From Escherichia phage ST0: a stretch of DNA of 64,000 bases. Location: the sequence record MF044457; one strand, written 5' to 3'. Each line of letters begins with the position of its first letter. Position 1 is the first letter of the stretch. The translations under genes and the position numbers were made by a program. Shown here piece after piece: positions 8,317 through 17,161 of this stretch. The notes beneath the pieces are model-generated. The model saw nothing but the letters and a program-made list of their open reading frames with translations. It had not been told where the DNA came from and did not search any database.

Positions 8317-9759
8317 GTGGTAGAAATTATTTTGTCTCATCTAGTATATGACCAGGCTTATTTTTCTAAGGTCTGGCCTTATATGGATTCTGAGTATTTT
8401 GAGCGTGGACCGGCAAAAAATGTCTTTAAAATTATAAAGAGCCACGTTAACGAATATAATGCAATGCCGTCTATCAATGCATTAAAGGTGGCTTTAGATA
8501 ACAGTTCTTTAACTGAAGCCGAATATAAAGGAACTTCAGATCTAATTGAAAAATTGGCTGATACTCCTGAAGACCACGAATGGTTGGTTAAAGAAACTGA
8601 GAAATATGTCCAGCAAAAAGCGATGTATAACGCTACGTCTAAAATCATTGAGATTCAGTCTAATGCTGAACTACCTCCAGAACAACGTAACAAGAAAATG
8701 CCTGACGTAGGAGCTATTCCTGATATTATGCGTCAAGCACTTTCAATTTCGTTTGATAGTTATGTTGGACACGACTGGATGGAAGACTATGAAGCACGCT
8801 GGCTTTCTTATCTAAACAAAGCACGTAAGGTCCCGTTCAAATTAAACATTCTGAATAAAATCACTAAAGGTGGTGCTGAAACCGGTACACTGAATGTTTT
8901 AATGGCTGGTGTTAACGTCGGTAAATCTTTAGGCCTTTGTTCACTTGCTGCGGATTATCTTCAAACAGGTCATAATGTTCTTTATATTTCCATGGAAATG
9001 GCTGAAGAAGTTTGTGCTAAGCGTATAGATGCAAACATGCTTGACGTATCACTCGATGATATTGATGATGGTAACGTATCTTATGCTGAATATAAAGCCA
9101 AGATGGAAAAATGGCGTTCAAAATCCACATTAGGACGTTTAGTAGTTAAACAGTATCCTACTGGTGGAGCTAATGCTAATACATTCCGTGCATTGCTTAA
9201 TGAATTGAAACTCAAGAAGAACTTTGTGCCATCTGTAATCATGGTTGATTACTTAGGTATTTGTGGGTCTTGTCGTATCAGAGTTTACACTGAAAATAGT
9301 TACACATTAGTTAAAGCTATCGCAGAAGAACTTCGTGCATTAGCAGTAGAATCTGAAACAGTTCTATGGACTGCAGCTCAAGTAGGACGTGCAGCATGGG
9401 ATGCTTCGGATATGAACATGAGTGATATTGCAGAATCAGCAGGTTTACCAGCAACGGCAGATTTCATGTTGGCCGTAATTGAAACCGAAGAACTTGCACA
9501 AGCTGAACAACAACTTATCAAACAAATCAAATCACGATACGGCGATAAGAATAAGTGGAATAAATTCCTGATGGGTGTACGTAAAGGCAACCAAAAATGG
9601 ATTGAGATTGAGCAAGAAGGCATGAACACATCTAACACAGTAAATGAAAACGCAGGTGCCCAGATGCGTCAGGCAGAGGTGAATCGTACGGAACGCGTAG
9701 GTAAAGCCAAAGCAACACGTGCTGACCTAGATAGCTTAGCCAATGAGTTAAAATTTTAA
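8317..9759 (+). CDS. 41: gp41 replicative DNA helicase (DnaB-like)
   Basis: 480 aa with GTG start; MVEIILSHLVYDQAYFSKVWPYMDSEYFE and Walker A GVNVGKS match T4 gp41. Confidence 0.95.
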   Translation: MVEIILSHLVYDQAYFSKVWPYMDSEYFERGPAKNVFKIIKSHVNEYNAMPSINALKVALDNSSLTEAEYKGTSDLIEKLADTPEDHEWLVKETEKYVQQKAMYNATSKIIEIQSNAELPPEQRNKKMPDVGAIPDIMRQALSISFDSYVGHDWMEDYEARWLSYLNKARKVPFKLNILNKITKGGAETGTLNVLMAGVNVGKSLGLCSLAADYLQTGHNVLYISMEMAEEVCAKRIDANMLDVSLDDIDDGNVSYAEYKAKMEKWRSKSTLGRLVVKQYPTGGANANTFRALLNELKLKKNFVPSVIMVDYLGICGSCRIRVYTENSYTLVKAIAEELRALAVESETVLWTAAQVGRAAWDASDMNMSDIAESAGLPATADFMLAVIETEELAQAEQQLIKQIKSRYGDKNKWNKFLMGVRKGNQKWIEIEQEGMNTSNTVNENAGAQMRQAEVNRTERVGKAKATRADLDSLANELKF

Positions 9760-9765
9760 TAAAAA

Positions 9766-9781
9766 GGAGACTTCGGTCTCC
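9766..9781 (+). terminator. UUCG-tetraloop hairpin terminator after gene 41
   Basis: GGAGAC-TTCG-GTCTCC followed by TTTCGGGG. Confidence 0.6.
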
Positions 9782-9847
9782 TTTCGGGGTTTACATCTTC
9801 CTCTAGGCATGATATGATGTACTTACACAAACCAAGAGGAAAACACT

Positions 9848-10222
9848 ATGAATATGTCTCAAGCAATTTTTACTGCAATCACCGAAAACACAACTGTTGA
9901 AGTAGTTTCTCCGCCGGCAACCTACGTTATTCTTGCTCCTAAAACTATTGTATCTCGTATGGAAAACATGGGCAAACGTATCGTACAAATTGTTGGAGCC
10001 GGAAATCAAAAACTTGATTATCTGCGAACCATCAAAGCTTATGAACATTTCCAACTCGAAAAAGGTTCTCCTATCCAGGTAGAACTCGTAAATGGTGATA
10101 TCGTTCGAGCAATGTTCCATCATTTCTATGCATTGAATGACCCATCTAAAGCGGTTCGTTTAATTGCATATGACGCAAACCAAAACGAAATCAACGCAGA
10201 TATATCTAAATTACATTTTTAA
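9848..10222 (+). CDS. hypothetical early protein
   Basis: ORF track 124 aa; RBS AGAGGA upstream. Confidence 0.5.
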   Translation: MNMSQAIFTAITENTTVEVVSPPATYVILAPKTIVSRMENMGKRIVQIVGAGNQKLDYLRTIKAYEHFQLEKGSPIQVELVNGDIVRAMFHHFYALNDPSKAVRLIAYDANQNEINADISKLHF

Positions 10223-10223
10223 G

Positions 10224-10252
10224 TTTACTTCTCCAGTAGTTGTGTTATTATA
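10224..10252 (+). promoter_or_regulatory. early promoter (GTTTAC -35, TATTAT -10)
   Basis: GTTTAC, 17 bp spacer, TATTAT, then AGACCTATCA extension. Confidence 0.55.
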
Positions 10253-10277
10253 GACCTATCAACTACCGGAGAACAAA

Positions 10278-10595
10278 ATGAAAACCATCGATTGTAAAGC
10301 AGAATTTAAGATTTTTTATCACGGTTCAAGTAGTTCAGCTAACATCGAAAACATGCTTTGTCCTCCTGAGGAAACAGGAGTTCTGTCTGAAACTGGACGT
10401 AAGAAAAACTTGGATCGTGTATTCTTTACTGAAGATATCGGTTTAGCAAAGATTTATGCAGGACGAGCAGCACGCTCTTATGGAGGTGAACCACGTCTCT
10501 ATCGAGTAATTTCTCCGGTAGACGTAGTTCAAATGAATAATACTAAAGGTGCTACAGTTTATCACGCTGAATGGGCATTTTGCGAGGAAATATGA
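10278..10595 (+). CDS. hypothetical early protein
   Basis: ORF track 105 aa; RBS GGAGAA. Confidence 0.5.
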   Translation: MKTIDCKAEFKIFYHGSSSSANIENMLCPPEETGVLSETGRKKNLDRVFFTEDIGLAKIYAGRAARSYGGEPRLYRVISPVDVVQMNNTKGATVYHAEWAFCEEI

Positions 10596-10783
10596 GCAAA
10601 TTAACTAAAGTTACTTTTATTGGCTGGTTTAAAAGCGGTGAGATGTTCACTAAAGATATCATGTTATCAGGTGATCGCGAAGAAATCGAGTGGGTTACGG
10701 TACAACTTGCTGAAGTGAACAACGCATTAGTTAAAGCATTTGTTAATGACGAGAAAGTTTTTGAAGCTGATTTCAGAGGATAA
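10592..10783 (+). CDS. hypothetical small protein
   Basis: Start moved to ATG at 10592 overlapping the upstream stop (ATGA). Confidence 0.4.
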   Translation: MSKLTKVTFIGWFKSGEMFTKDIMLSGDREEIEWVTVQLAEVNNALVKAFVNDEKVFEADFRG

Positions 10784-10784
10784 T

Positions 10785-10997
10785 ATGTATTCAACTGTGT
10801 TTAAACCATCAACATACGAATTTGCATCAACTACACAATGGAAAGCTCTTATTCTGGAAGGATGGGAACTAATGATGGACTGTGAAGCATCTGAAAAGTT
10901 TCCACACGGCAAAGTGGACTTCGTTAAATTTGCTGTACGTCCGACTAAACGACAGATTCGTCAAGAAAAACGCAAATTTCGCAAAAGTTTAAAATAA
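10785..10997 (+). CDS. hypothetical small basic protein
   Basis: Start moved to ATG at 10785, 2 nt after the upstream stop. Confidence 0.4.
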   Translation: MYSTVFKPSTYEFASTTQWKALILEGWELMMDCEASEKFPHGKVDFVKFAVRPTKRQIRQEKRKFRKSLK

Positions 10998-11000
10998 CTG

Positions 11001-11030
11001 TTTACAAGCACCACATACTGTGTTACTATC
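11001..11030 (+). promoter_or_regulatory. early promoter
   Basis: GTTTAC, about 18 bp, TACTAT. Confidence 0.5.
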
Positions 11031-11057
11031 TTTTTATCAACTACAGAGGAAATTAAA

Positions 11058-11426
11058 ATGAAAAAATTAATCGCTTTAACAATGATATTTGGATTAACCG
11101 GATGTGGTGCCCATGGCTTTATCCCTAATAACGTTGGCCAACTGATTTACAATCCGAATGTTAAACAGTATGACCAACCTAAAGTTGAAGTGGAAGACCC
11201 GGTTACTGTAGGTAATCGAATGGTTCAAGCTGATGCCCATGCTCAACGTTATCGTGACTCTGATACTGTAGCATTGCCAAAAGAACAACGCGTTAAAGAA
11301 CATTGTCTACAGGCTACTGAAATCGCATTCATTCGCTATGTTGAAACAACCGGTAAAGAGCCCACCCAGAAACAAATCGCAAATAACTACGTCCAGTGTA
11401 TTGAACGTTTAAACAAATTTAACTAA
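11058..11426 (+). CDS. putative lipoprotein
   Basis: 122 aa; signal peptide MKKLIALTMIFGLTGC with lipobox LTGC. Confidence 0.6.
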   Translation: MKKLIALTMIFGLTGCGAHGFIPNNVGQLIYNPNVKQYDQPKVEVEDPVTVGNRMVQADAHAQRYRDSDTVALPKEQRVKEHCLQATEIAFIRYVETTGKEPTQKQIANNYVQCIERLNKFN

Positions 11427-11429
11427 TTG

Positions 11430-11459
11430 GTTTACACCAAAGTTAAAATAAGATATTAT
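11430..11459 (+). promoter_or_regulatory. early promoter
   Basis: GTTTAC, about 18 bp, TATTAT. Confidence 0.5.
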
Positions 11460-11487
11460 AAACATAACAAATCAAGAGGAAATTAAC

Positions 11488-11736
11488 ATGGAATTATTCG
11501 TAGCTAGTTCAGTAGCGGTTTTAATCGCAGGTATTGGTTCAATCATCATTTACATGTTGCCTTGGGTAATCGCACTTATTCGTGGCACAAAAAGCACAAC
11601 AGCAATCTTCTTTGTATCTTTACTCTTTAACTGGACGATGGTTGGTTGGATTGGAACTTTAATTTGGTCTATCGTTGCCGAAAAGAAATCTGCTCAGCAG
11701 CCTCAACAAGTAATTATTATTCGCGAAAAAGAATAA
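11488..11736 (+). CDS. small integral membrane protein (two predicted TM helices)
   Basis: 82 aa; two long hydrophobic segments; RBS AGAGGA. Confidence 0.6.
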   Translation: MELFVASSVAVLIAGIGSIIIYMLPWVIALIRGTKSTTAIFFVSLLFNWTMVGWIGTLIWSIVAEKKSAQQPQQVIIIREKE

Positions 11737-11740
11737 ACTT

Positions 11741-11770
11741 GTTTACATTATAGATGGACTATAGTATAGT
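11741..11770 (+). promoter_or_regulatory. early promoter
   Basis: GTTTAC, about 18 bp, TATAGT, then TAGTCCTATCA extension. Confidence 0.55.
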
Positions 11771-11799
11771 AGTCCTATCAAATCAACTAAGGAGTTAAA

Positions 11800-12093
11800 A
11801 TGAAAAAGTTATCATTGGCAGCAATCTTACTCGCAGTATCATGTGCACCAGCTCCAGTTACGGCAGGTTATGATAAAGACCTCTGTGAGTGGTCAATGAC
11901 TGCAAATCAAGAAGATGTTGAACAACAAATCTTCTCTGATATCATGAACATCACTAAACGAGACCGTCCTAATATGGTTAATAAAGTTGTTGAACAACTT
12001 AAGTCTGGCGGTATCATGCAGTACAATTATGTTTTGTATTGTGACCCTAATTTCGATAACAAAGATATCGTAACCGAAATCACAGGTGAATAA
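11800..12093 (+). CDS. secreted periplasmic protein, possibly spackle (Sp)-like
   Basis: 97 aa with N-terminal signal peptide MKKLSLAAILLAVSCAPAPVTA; size and signal peptide match T4 Sp (97 aa precursor). Sequence match is from vague recall only. Confidence 0.55.
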   Translation: MKKLSLAAILLAVSCAPAPVTAGYDKDLCEWSMTANQEDVEQQIFSDIMNITKRDRPNMVNKVVEQLKSGGIMQYNYVLYCDPNFDNKDIVTEITGE

Positions 12094-12094
12094 T

Positions 12095-12745
12095 ATGATT
12101 TATTACATGCACAAAAACGCGCCATTTAAATATGGTAAATTTCCTAATGCACAATGTTATAATATAACGCCGAACGAAAATAATAACGGATACCATATTG
12201 GTGTAATTTTTGTAATTGTTAAAGATAACGAAATCGTTGCCTGGGCAGATTTTAAAGGTACAACGTATGATGTTAATCCGGTGCCTTTCACATATTACAA
12301 TATAATGGATTTGGCATATGATTATAATTGGTTTAATCATGACGCGTTGGCTCATATTGAAGGTGTAGGATTTGACATCTCTTATTCTAGCTATTCATTA
12401 TGTCCTATGAGCCGAGCTCACGGTAAAGATGCATCATATCTTTCATTTCGGAAACGCGTAAACTTCAAACGTAGTACAGAGTATGTTGGTGGTCTCTTTG
12501 TTAAAGATAATAAAATAACCCGTATTAGTTATCCTTTAAGTGTAGGTCAAAAAGATGTTGATGTTGATTTAGACTTAACCGAAAATAACATTAATCGTAT
12601 TGCTTCTGTATATTTTGATATCGATGAAAAAATTGTAGTGTGTGGATACGAATTACCACCTGAAGAAAAGGCTGAAGCAATCGAAGTCGAATTAGAAATT
12701 TCTGTTGATGACCAAATATTTAATGCATTTATGAATCGAGGTTAA
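12095..12745 (+). CDS. hypothetical protein
   Basis: ORF track 12086..12745 (GTG); start moved to ATG at 12095 just after the upstream stop. Confidence 0.5.
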   Translation: MIYYMHKNAPFKYGKFPNAQCYNITPNENNNGYHIGVIFVIVKDNEIVAWADFKGTTYDVNPVPFTYYNIMDLAYDYNWFNHDALAHIEGVGFDISYSSYSLCPMSRAHGKDASYLSFRKRVNFKRSTEYVGGLFVKDNKITRISYPLSVGQKDVDVDLDLTENNINRIASVYFDIDEKIVVCGYELPPEEKAEAIEVELEISVDDQIFNAFMNRG

Positions 12746-12746
12746 A

Positions 12747-12944
12747 ATGACTACTGCAATTTGCACTGGTTCTAAAATTAGTGTTTTTACAAGTTTTGAA
12801 GATTATGAAGTTGTTTCAAAACACCAATACCATATTAGCGTAAAAGCTAATGACGGTGTAATTTGGAATATTCCACAGTATGAAGGCACTACGTATGAAG
12901 TCACAGATATAAATGGTGACAAAGCAATCTTTGTAATTGATTAA
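12747..12944 (+). CDS. hypothetical small protein
   Basis: ORF track 65 aa; starts 2 nt after the upstream stop. Confidence 0.4.
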   Translation: MTTAICTGSKISVFTSFEDYEVVSKHQYHISVKANDGVIWNIPQYEGTTYEVTDINGDKAIFVID

Positions 12945-12963
12945 ATATACTCAGGAGGTACCT

Positions 12964-13431
12964 ATGGGTATTATTAACACTGCAATAGATTCTGTTTATG
13001 CATATAAGTTTATTCGACTAATGCAAAAACCTTTTACCGAATGGAAAGCATACGAAGCCAAAATCATCGATGAACGTGGAAGTGTTCTTAAACGTCCTTC
13101 TACTCCCGAAGAAAAAGCGGCTTATACACCTTTTCATGCTTCAGTTCGTTCAATGAAGCGAATGATGAGCACTGTTCCAGGTCTTAATGGAATGGCCTCA
13201 ATGATGTCTGCCTGGAGTGCTGTAGCTTCACGCTATAACATTACGGAAGAACAACAGAAAGAAATATTTAAAGAACTCCCTTTATTTGAGGATATGGTTG
13301 CTGGTGATTCAGGTGGCAGCTCTCAAGCTATTGCATCAGGAACAACTACAGGTGCAGTCGTAAATAAAGGTCCAGAACAAATTCCTTCCAAGAAAAGAAA
13401 GCGAATTAAAGTAAATATTAATAAGTTGTGA
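12964..13431 (+). CDS. hypothetical protein
   Basis: ORF track 12937..13431; start moved to ATG at 12964 preceded by AGGAGG. Confidence 0.5.
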   Translation: MGIINTAIDSVYAYKFIRLMQKPFTEWKAYEAKIIDERGSVLKRPSTPEEKAAYTPFHASVRSMKRMMSTVPGLNGMASMMSAWSAVASRYNITEEQQKEIFKELPLFEDMVAGDSGGSSQAIASGTTTGAVVNKGPEQIPSKKRKRIKVNINKL

Positions 13432-13470
13432 TATGATGGCCTTATTAATTTAAGGCCTCTGGAGAATACT

Positions 13471-14493
13471 ATGGCTGAATGGATAGATAATGAATTTGCT
13501 TATCGTGCGTTTTCTCACCTACCTCGTTTTAGACAAATCAATAATTCAAGCACATTTAAATTAACATTTCGTTGTCCAGTTTGTGGCGACTCCCAGACAG
13601 ATGCAATGAAAGCTCGCGGATGGTATTACGGCGGTACTCCTGGTAATGTACATTGCTATAATTGTCAATACCACAATACAATTTCCGGATACTTAAAAGA
13701 ATATGACGAAGAGCTTTATCGCGAATATCTAATGGAAGTTCGTAAAGAAAAAGCTAGAATGGAACCAAAGATTGAAAAGGTTCCTGAAACTAAGCCGGAG
13801 CCAGAGAAAAAGACTATAAATTCTTTGCCGTCTTGTTCTCGTCTGGACAAGCTGCCTGAAGAGCATCCTATTGTGAAATATGTTAAGTCTCGATGCATTC
13901 CTAAAGAATCATGGAACAGATTATGGTTCACATTAGAATGGCCTAAATTGGTCAACAAGATTCAACCTGGTACGTATAAGAAAGAGATTCCCGAACCACG
14001 TTTAGTGATTCCTATTTTTAATAAAGACGGGAAGGCTGAGTCATTCCAAGGACGTGCACTTCGTAAAGATGCTCCTCAGAAATATATCACTATTAAAGCG
14101 TTTGAGTCTGCAACAAAAATTTATGGTGTTGAACGTGTTAAGGAAGGAGACGTCTGGGTAATGGAAGGCCCTATTGATAGTTTATTCATACCCAATGCAA
14201 TCGCTATTACAGGCGGCTCAATAGATTTAGATGTAGTACCATTTAAAGAACGTCGGGTATGGGTAATGGATAATGAACCTAGGCATCCGGATACTATAGC
14301 TCGCATGAAGCGATTAGTTGATGCAGGCGAACGTGTCATGTTCTGGGACCGAGCTCCGTGGAGATCAAAGGATGTGAATGATATGGTAATGAAAGAAAAT
14401 GCAACACCACAAGAAATTTTAGAATATATGAAACAGAATATTTCAAGTGGGTTGCATGCTAAAATGAGATTATCTCGTTATTCTAAGATTTAA
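13471..14493 (+). CDS. 61: gp61 DNA primase
   Basis: 340 aa; zinc ribbon CPVCGD...CYNCQY and near-identity with remembered T4 gp61 (FKLTFRCPVCGDSQTD, RVWVMDNEPRHPDTIARMKRLVDAGERVMFWD). Confidence 0.95.
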   Translation: MAEWIDNEFAYRAFSHLPRFRQINNSSTFKLTFRCPVCGDSQTDAMKARGWYYGGTPGNVHCYNCQYHNTISGYLKEYDEELYREYLMEVRKEKARMEPKIEKVPETKPEPEKKTINSLPSCSRLDKLPEEHPIVKYVKSRCIPKESWNRLWFTLEWPKLVNKIQPGTYKKEIPEPRLVIPIFNKDGKAESFQGRALRKDAPQKYITIKAFESATKIYGVERVKEGDVWVMEGPIDSLFIPNAIAITGGSIDLDVVPFKERRVWVMDNEPRHPDTIARMKRLVDAGERVMFWDRAPWRSKDVNDMVMKENATPQEILEYMKQNISSGLHAKMRLSRYSKI

Positions 14494-14687
14494 ACAAGCC
14501 CTATAATAGCAAATGCCAAATCAACTACAGTATCCAATGGAACAGAAGGAACCATAACACCATGGGCAACTAACAATGGCGCAATCCCGAAGTTCCATGA
14601 AATAATGCCACCTACAACTATTGCGGCGATAGCAGTTTTCTTTTTATTGCCTTTAATAGCGTTGATTAACGATGGAAGTTTAAACAT
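14490..14687 (-). CDS. small hydrophobic membrane protein encoded antisense to the surrounding early genes
   Basis: 65 aa; strong RBS AAGGAGA 5 nt upstream of ATG on the minus strand; two hydrophobic stretches. Confidence 0.5.
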   Translation of the reverse strand: MFKLPSLINAIKGNKKKTAIAAIVVGGIISWNFGIAPLLVAHGVMVPSVPLDTVVDLAFAIIGLV

Positions 14688-14775
14688 AATATCTCCTTAG
14701 TTACCTATTATTTATTACGCTTTATAAAATTAATGTTAGAATTAACTCTCTTATACTGAATTGAAAGGAAAAATA

Positions 14776-15297
14776 ATGGCACACTTTAACGAATGTTCAC
14801 AACTTATTTCTGGTGTTGATAAAGCAGAAGAAGCTTATTTTAATGCTCTGATTCACGAAGATAAAGACCCACTGCAGGTAATGCTTGATATGCAGAAATC
14901 TTTACAGGTTCGTCTGGCAAATGACAAGCCTGAACATAACAAACATCCTGATGAATTGGCCACTGCTGGTGATGTTGTTGATTGGCTGCGTAATCAGAAA
15001 GATTATATTGATGATGAATTCCGTGAACTGCTGACTTCACTTGGTGGTATGAGCAATGGTGAAAAAGCCGCTAGCTCTGTATGGAAACCGTGGAAGGCGC
15101 AACACGCTGAATATCGAAATCGTCGTATCGATGAACTGTCTCCTGAAGACCAGCTTGAAATTAAATTCGAGATGATTGATATTCTACATTTCGTTCTAAA
15201 TATGTTCCAAGGTCTAGGACTTTCTGCTGAAGAAATCTTCAAACTGTATTACCTGAAAAACCAACACAACTTTGAACGCCAGGATAATGGTTACTAA
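14776..15297 (+). CDS. 56: gp56 dCTP pyrophosphatase (MazG-like dCTPase/dUTPase)
   Basis: ORF track starts at a TTG at 14761; ATG at 14776 gives MAHFNECSQLI... matching the remembered T4 gp56 N-terminus; RELLTSLGGMSNGEK and EIKFEMIDILHFVLNMF conserved. Confidence 0.85.
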   Translation: MAHFNECSQLISGVDKAEEAYFNALIHEDKDPLQVMLDMQKSLQVRLANDKPEHNKHPDELATAGDVVDWLRNQKDYIDDEFRELLTSLGGMSNGEKAASSVWKPWKAQHAEYRNRRIDELSPEDQLEIKFEMIDILHFVLNMFQGLGLSAEEIFKLYYLKNQHNFERQDNGY

Positions 15298-15303
15298 TTA
15301 AGT

Positions 15304-15311
15304 TATAAATA
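15304..15311 (+). promoter_or_regulatory. late promoter TATAAATA upstream of soc
   Basis: Exact TATAAATA about 30 nt upstream of the soc start. Confidence 0.6.
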
Positions 15312-15342
15312 CACCTGTAATTAAACAACAAAGGAGTTAATT

Positions 15343-15579
15343 ATGGGTGGTTATGTAAACATCAAAACCTTTACGCATCCTGCTGGTGAAGGTAAAGAAG
15401 TTAAAGGTATGGAAGTTTCTGTGCCGTTTGAGATTTATTCAAACGAACATCGGATTGCAGATTCTCATTACCAAATCTTTCCATCAGAAAAGGCAGCATA
15501 TTCTACTGTAGTTTCTGATGCAGCTGATTGGAAAACTAAGAACGCTGCAATGTTTACGCCTACAGCAGTAAGTGGTTAA
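15343..15579 (+). CDS. soc: Soc small outer capsid protein
   Basis: 78 aa; GYVNIKTF...HYQIFPSEKAAYSTV matches remembered T4 Soc. Confidence 0.9.
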   Translation: MGGYVNIKTFTHPAGEGKEVKGMEVSVPFEIYSNEHRIADSHYQIFPSEKAAYSTVVSDAADWKTKNAAMFTPTAVSG

Positions 15580-15588
15580 ATAATTTAA

Positions 15589-15615
15589 GGAATCCTTCGG
15601 GATTCCTTTTTTTTT
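15589..15615 (+). terminator. UUCG-tetraloop terminator after soc
   Basis: GGAATCC-TTCG-GGATTCC followed by nine T. Confidence 0.8.
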
Positions 15616-15624
15616 GTTTCTACA

Positions 15625-15654
15625 GTTTACAACCACTAAAAACTGTGTTAAGAT
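15625..15654 (+). promoter_or_regulatory. early promoter
   Basis: GTTTAC (duplicated GTTTACAGTTTAC), about 18 bp, TAAGAT. Confidence 0.45.
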
Positions 15655-15682
15655 ATTCTTACTTACTCAAGAGGAGAACAAT

Positions 15683-15910
15683 ATGTTAAATCGTTGGATT
15701 AAACCTAATAACACATTAGGTGCTTTGATTGCTCAAGAAGTTTCGTTGAAATACGGTCTTGGATATTACGATGATGTAGTCGTACACTCATTCATGATGG
15801 ACGGCGAAGACGTCAAATTTAATGCCGAAATCCGTTGGGATGACGGTGGTGTCCGTTTTGTTCGAGGAACAATTAATGCTTACGATGCTGAAGAAGTTGT
15901 TTGCTGTTAA
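15683..15910 (+). CDS. hypothetical small protein
   Basis: Start moved to ATG at 15683 after RBS GAGGAGAA; the ORF-track start lies inside the terminator/promoter. Confidence 0.4.
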   Translation: MLNRWIKPNNTLGALIAQEVSLKYGLGYYDDVVVHSFMMDGEDVKFNAEIRWDDGGVRFVRGTINAYDAEEVVCC

Positions 15911-15923
15911 ACCAGGCGAAGGT

Positions 15924-16124
15924 ATGATGCCTATTCCTGATACACACGAAAAAAGTTGGGAATATATCGGTGACGGAATGATGGAAGAAGTTGTTCGTCC
16001 AAAAACAAAACAGGTTAATGCTTCAAGCTCTTCCGATTATAATCATTCATACGTATCGTCTTGGCCTGGTGATTCCGGGTCAAGTTATTCTGATTGTGGT
16101 TCAAGCTCAGGGAGCTGCGAATGA
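15924..16124 (+). CDS. hypothetical small protein with Ser/Gly-rich C-terminus
   Basis: Start moved to ATG at 15924 after RBS GAAGG. Confidence 0.35.
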   Translation: MMPIPDTHEKSWEYIGDGMMEEVVRPKTKQVNASSSSDYNHSYVSSWPGDSGSSYSDCGSSSGSCE

Positions 16125-16300
16125 ACAAGATAGTTAAATGGTTTAAAAGCTGGGACGATGGTGTCGGTCCAGAAGATTGGCTGGATGTTCTTGAAGAGAA
16201 TATGGCTAAAGAATTCCAGAAACACGAAGAGAAGCTCATCGAAGATGAAGGCGAACGTATTGTAAAACTTTATATGGGTGAACCATCGAGGAAATTATAA
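16121..16300 (+). CDS. hypothetical small protein
   Basis: Start ATG at 16121 overlaps the upstream stop (ATGA). Confidence 0.35.
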   Translation: MNKIVKWFKSWDDGVGPEDWLDVLEENMAKEFQKHEEKLIEDEGERIVKLYMGEPSRKL

Positions 16301-16764
16301 TGGATGCTATGTTATTTAAAATGTATTTGCTTGAAGCCAAGTCGTTTAAACATATACCAGTAGAAGATAAGACTCCACTAGAAATAGCTATTCTCATTAA
16401 CAAAAGTCTAAATAATCCGCAATATATCGTAGAAGAATTCTGCAAATTGCAGATTCCTAAAGGTTACAAAATTCGTGTAGAGCGAGTTGGAGCTATTACT
16501 CATTCTAAAAATTCTCCGTTTAGTCTTGAAGAAGGCATAAAGGACTTAGGTTATGAATCTACGGAAAATGCAATTTATGTGAATCCTGAAAAGCGTTTAG
16601 ACTTGTTTGAAAAGCGAGACCATAAGTATTTTGCCAAAAAATACTTTATTACATCATTAGCAGATTTAATCCATTTGCAACGAGCTATTTGGAAATTTTT
16701 TAAGACAAAAGGTGTAGCGCTAGAAACATTCTCCGAACCTGCTAGTTTTTATCTCGGTGAATAA
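16300..16764 (+). CDS. hypothetical protein
   Basis: ORF track 154 aa. Confidence 0.5.
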   Translation: MDAMLFKMYLLEAKSFKHIPVEDKTPLEIAILINKSLNNPQYIVEEFCKLQIPKGYKIRVERVGAITHSKNSPFSLEEGIKDLGYESTENAIYVNPEKRLDLFEKRDHKYFAKKYFITSLADLIHLQRAIWKFFKTKGVALETFSEPASFYLGE

Positions 16765-16945
16765 TATGGACTTGATGAGTATGTTTGATGAGCCTGAAGT
16801 TGAGGCTCCTAAAGTGCATCGTAGTGAACTTGTTGATGAACTAGATAGTATTATACAACGTCACGGCTTTAGTTTACCTGTTGAAGCCCTGAAAGACCTT
16901 GCCTCTTATTATGACGACCCTCCACCATGGAGTCCTTGGAAATGA
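16757..16945 (+). CDS. hypothetical small protein
   Basis: ORF track 62 aa; overlaps the upstream gene end. Confidence 0.4.
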   Translation: MNNMDLMSMFDEPEVEAPKVHRSELVDELDSIIQRHGFSLPVEALKDLASYYDDPPPWSPWK

Positions 16946-17105
16946 AAGAGAAATTTAAAGAGAAATTCTTACTAGAAATCAAGGAAAAAGACTTTGAGAC
17001 ATGGTATCGAATGGTGAAAGGGTTGGCATTGCTTTTTAAAGCATCCTTATTCATGTTAGAACAACCTGGACCTGATGGACCTTTAGTAGGAAAGCTTAAA
17101 AAGTA

Positions 17106-17134
17106 GTTTACATTCCCTCCTCTCGTGTTATGAT
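17106..17134 (+). promoter_or_regulatory. early promoter
   Basis: GTTTAC, 17 bp, TATGAT. Confidence 0.5.
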
Positions 17135-17161
17135 AGGCTTATCTTTAAATGGAGGTCTATC

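Noticed and set aside
9378-9638. 86 aa minus-strand ORF inside gene 41
   Set aside because: Antisense to the helicase gene; no start context.
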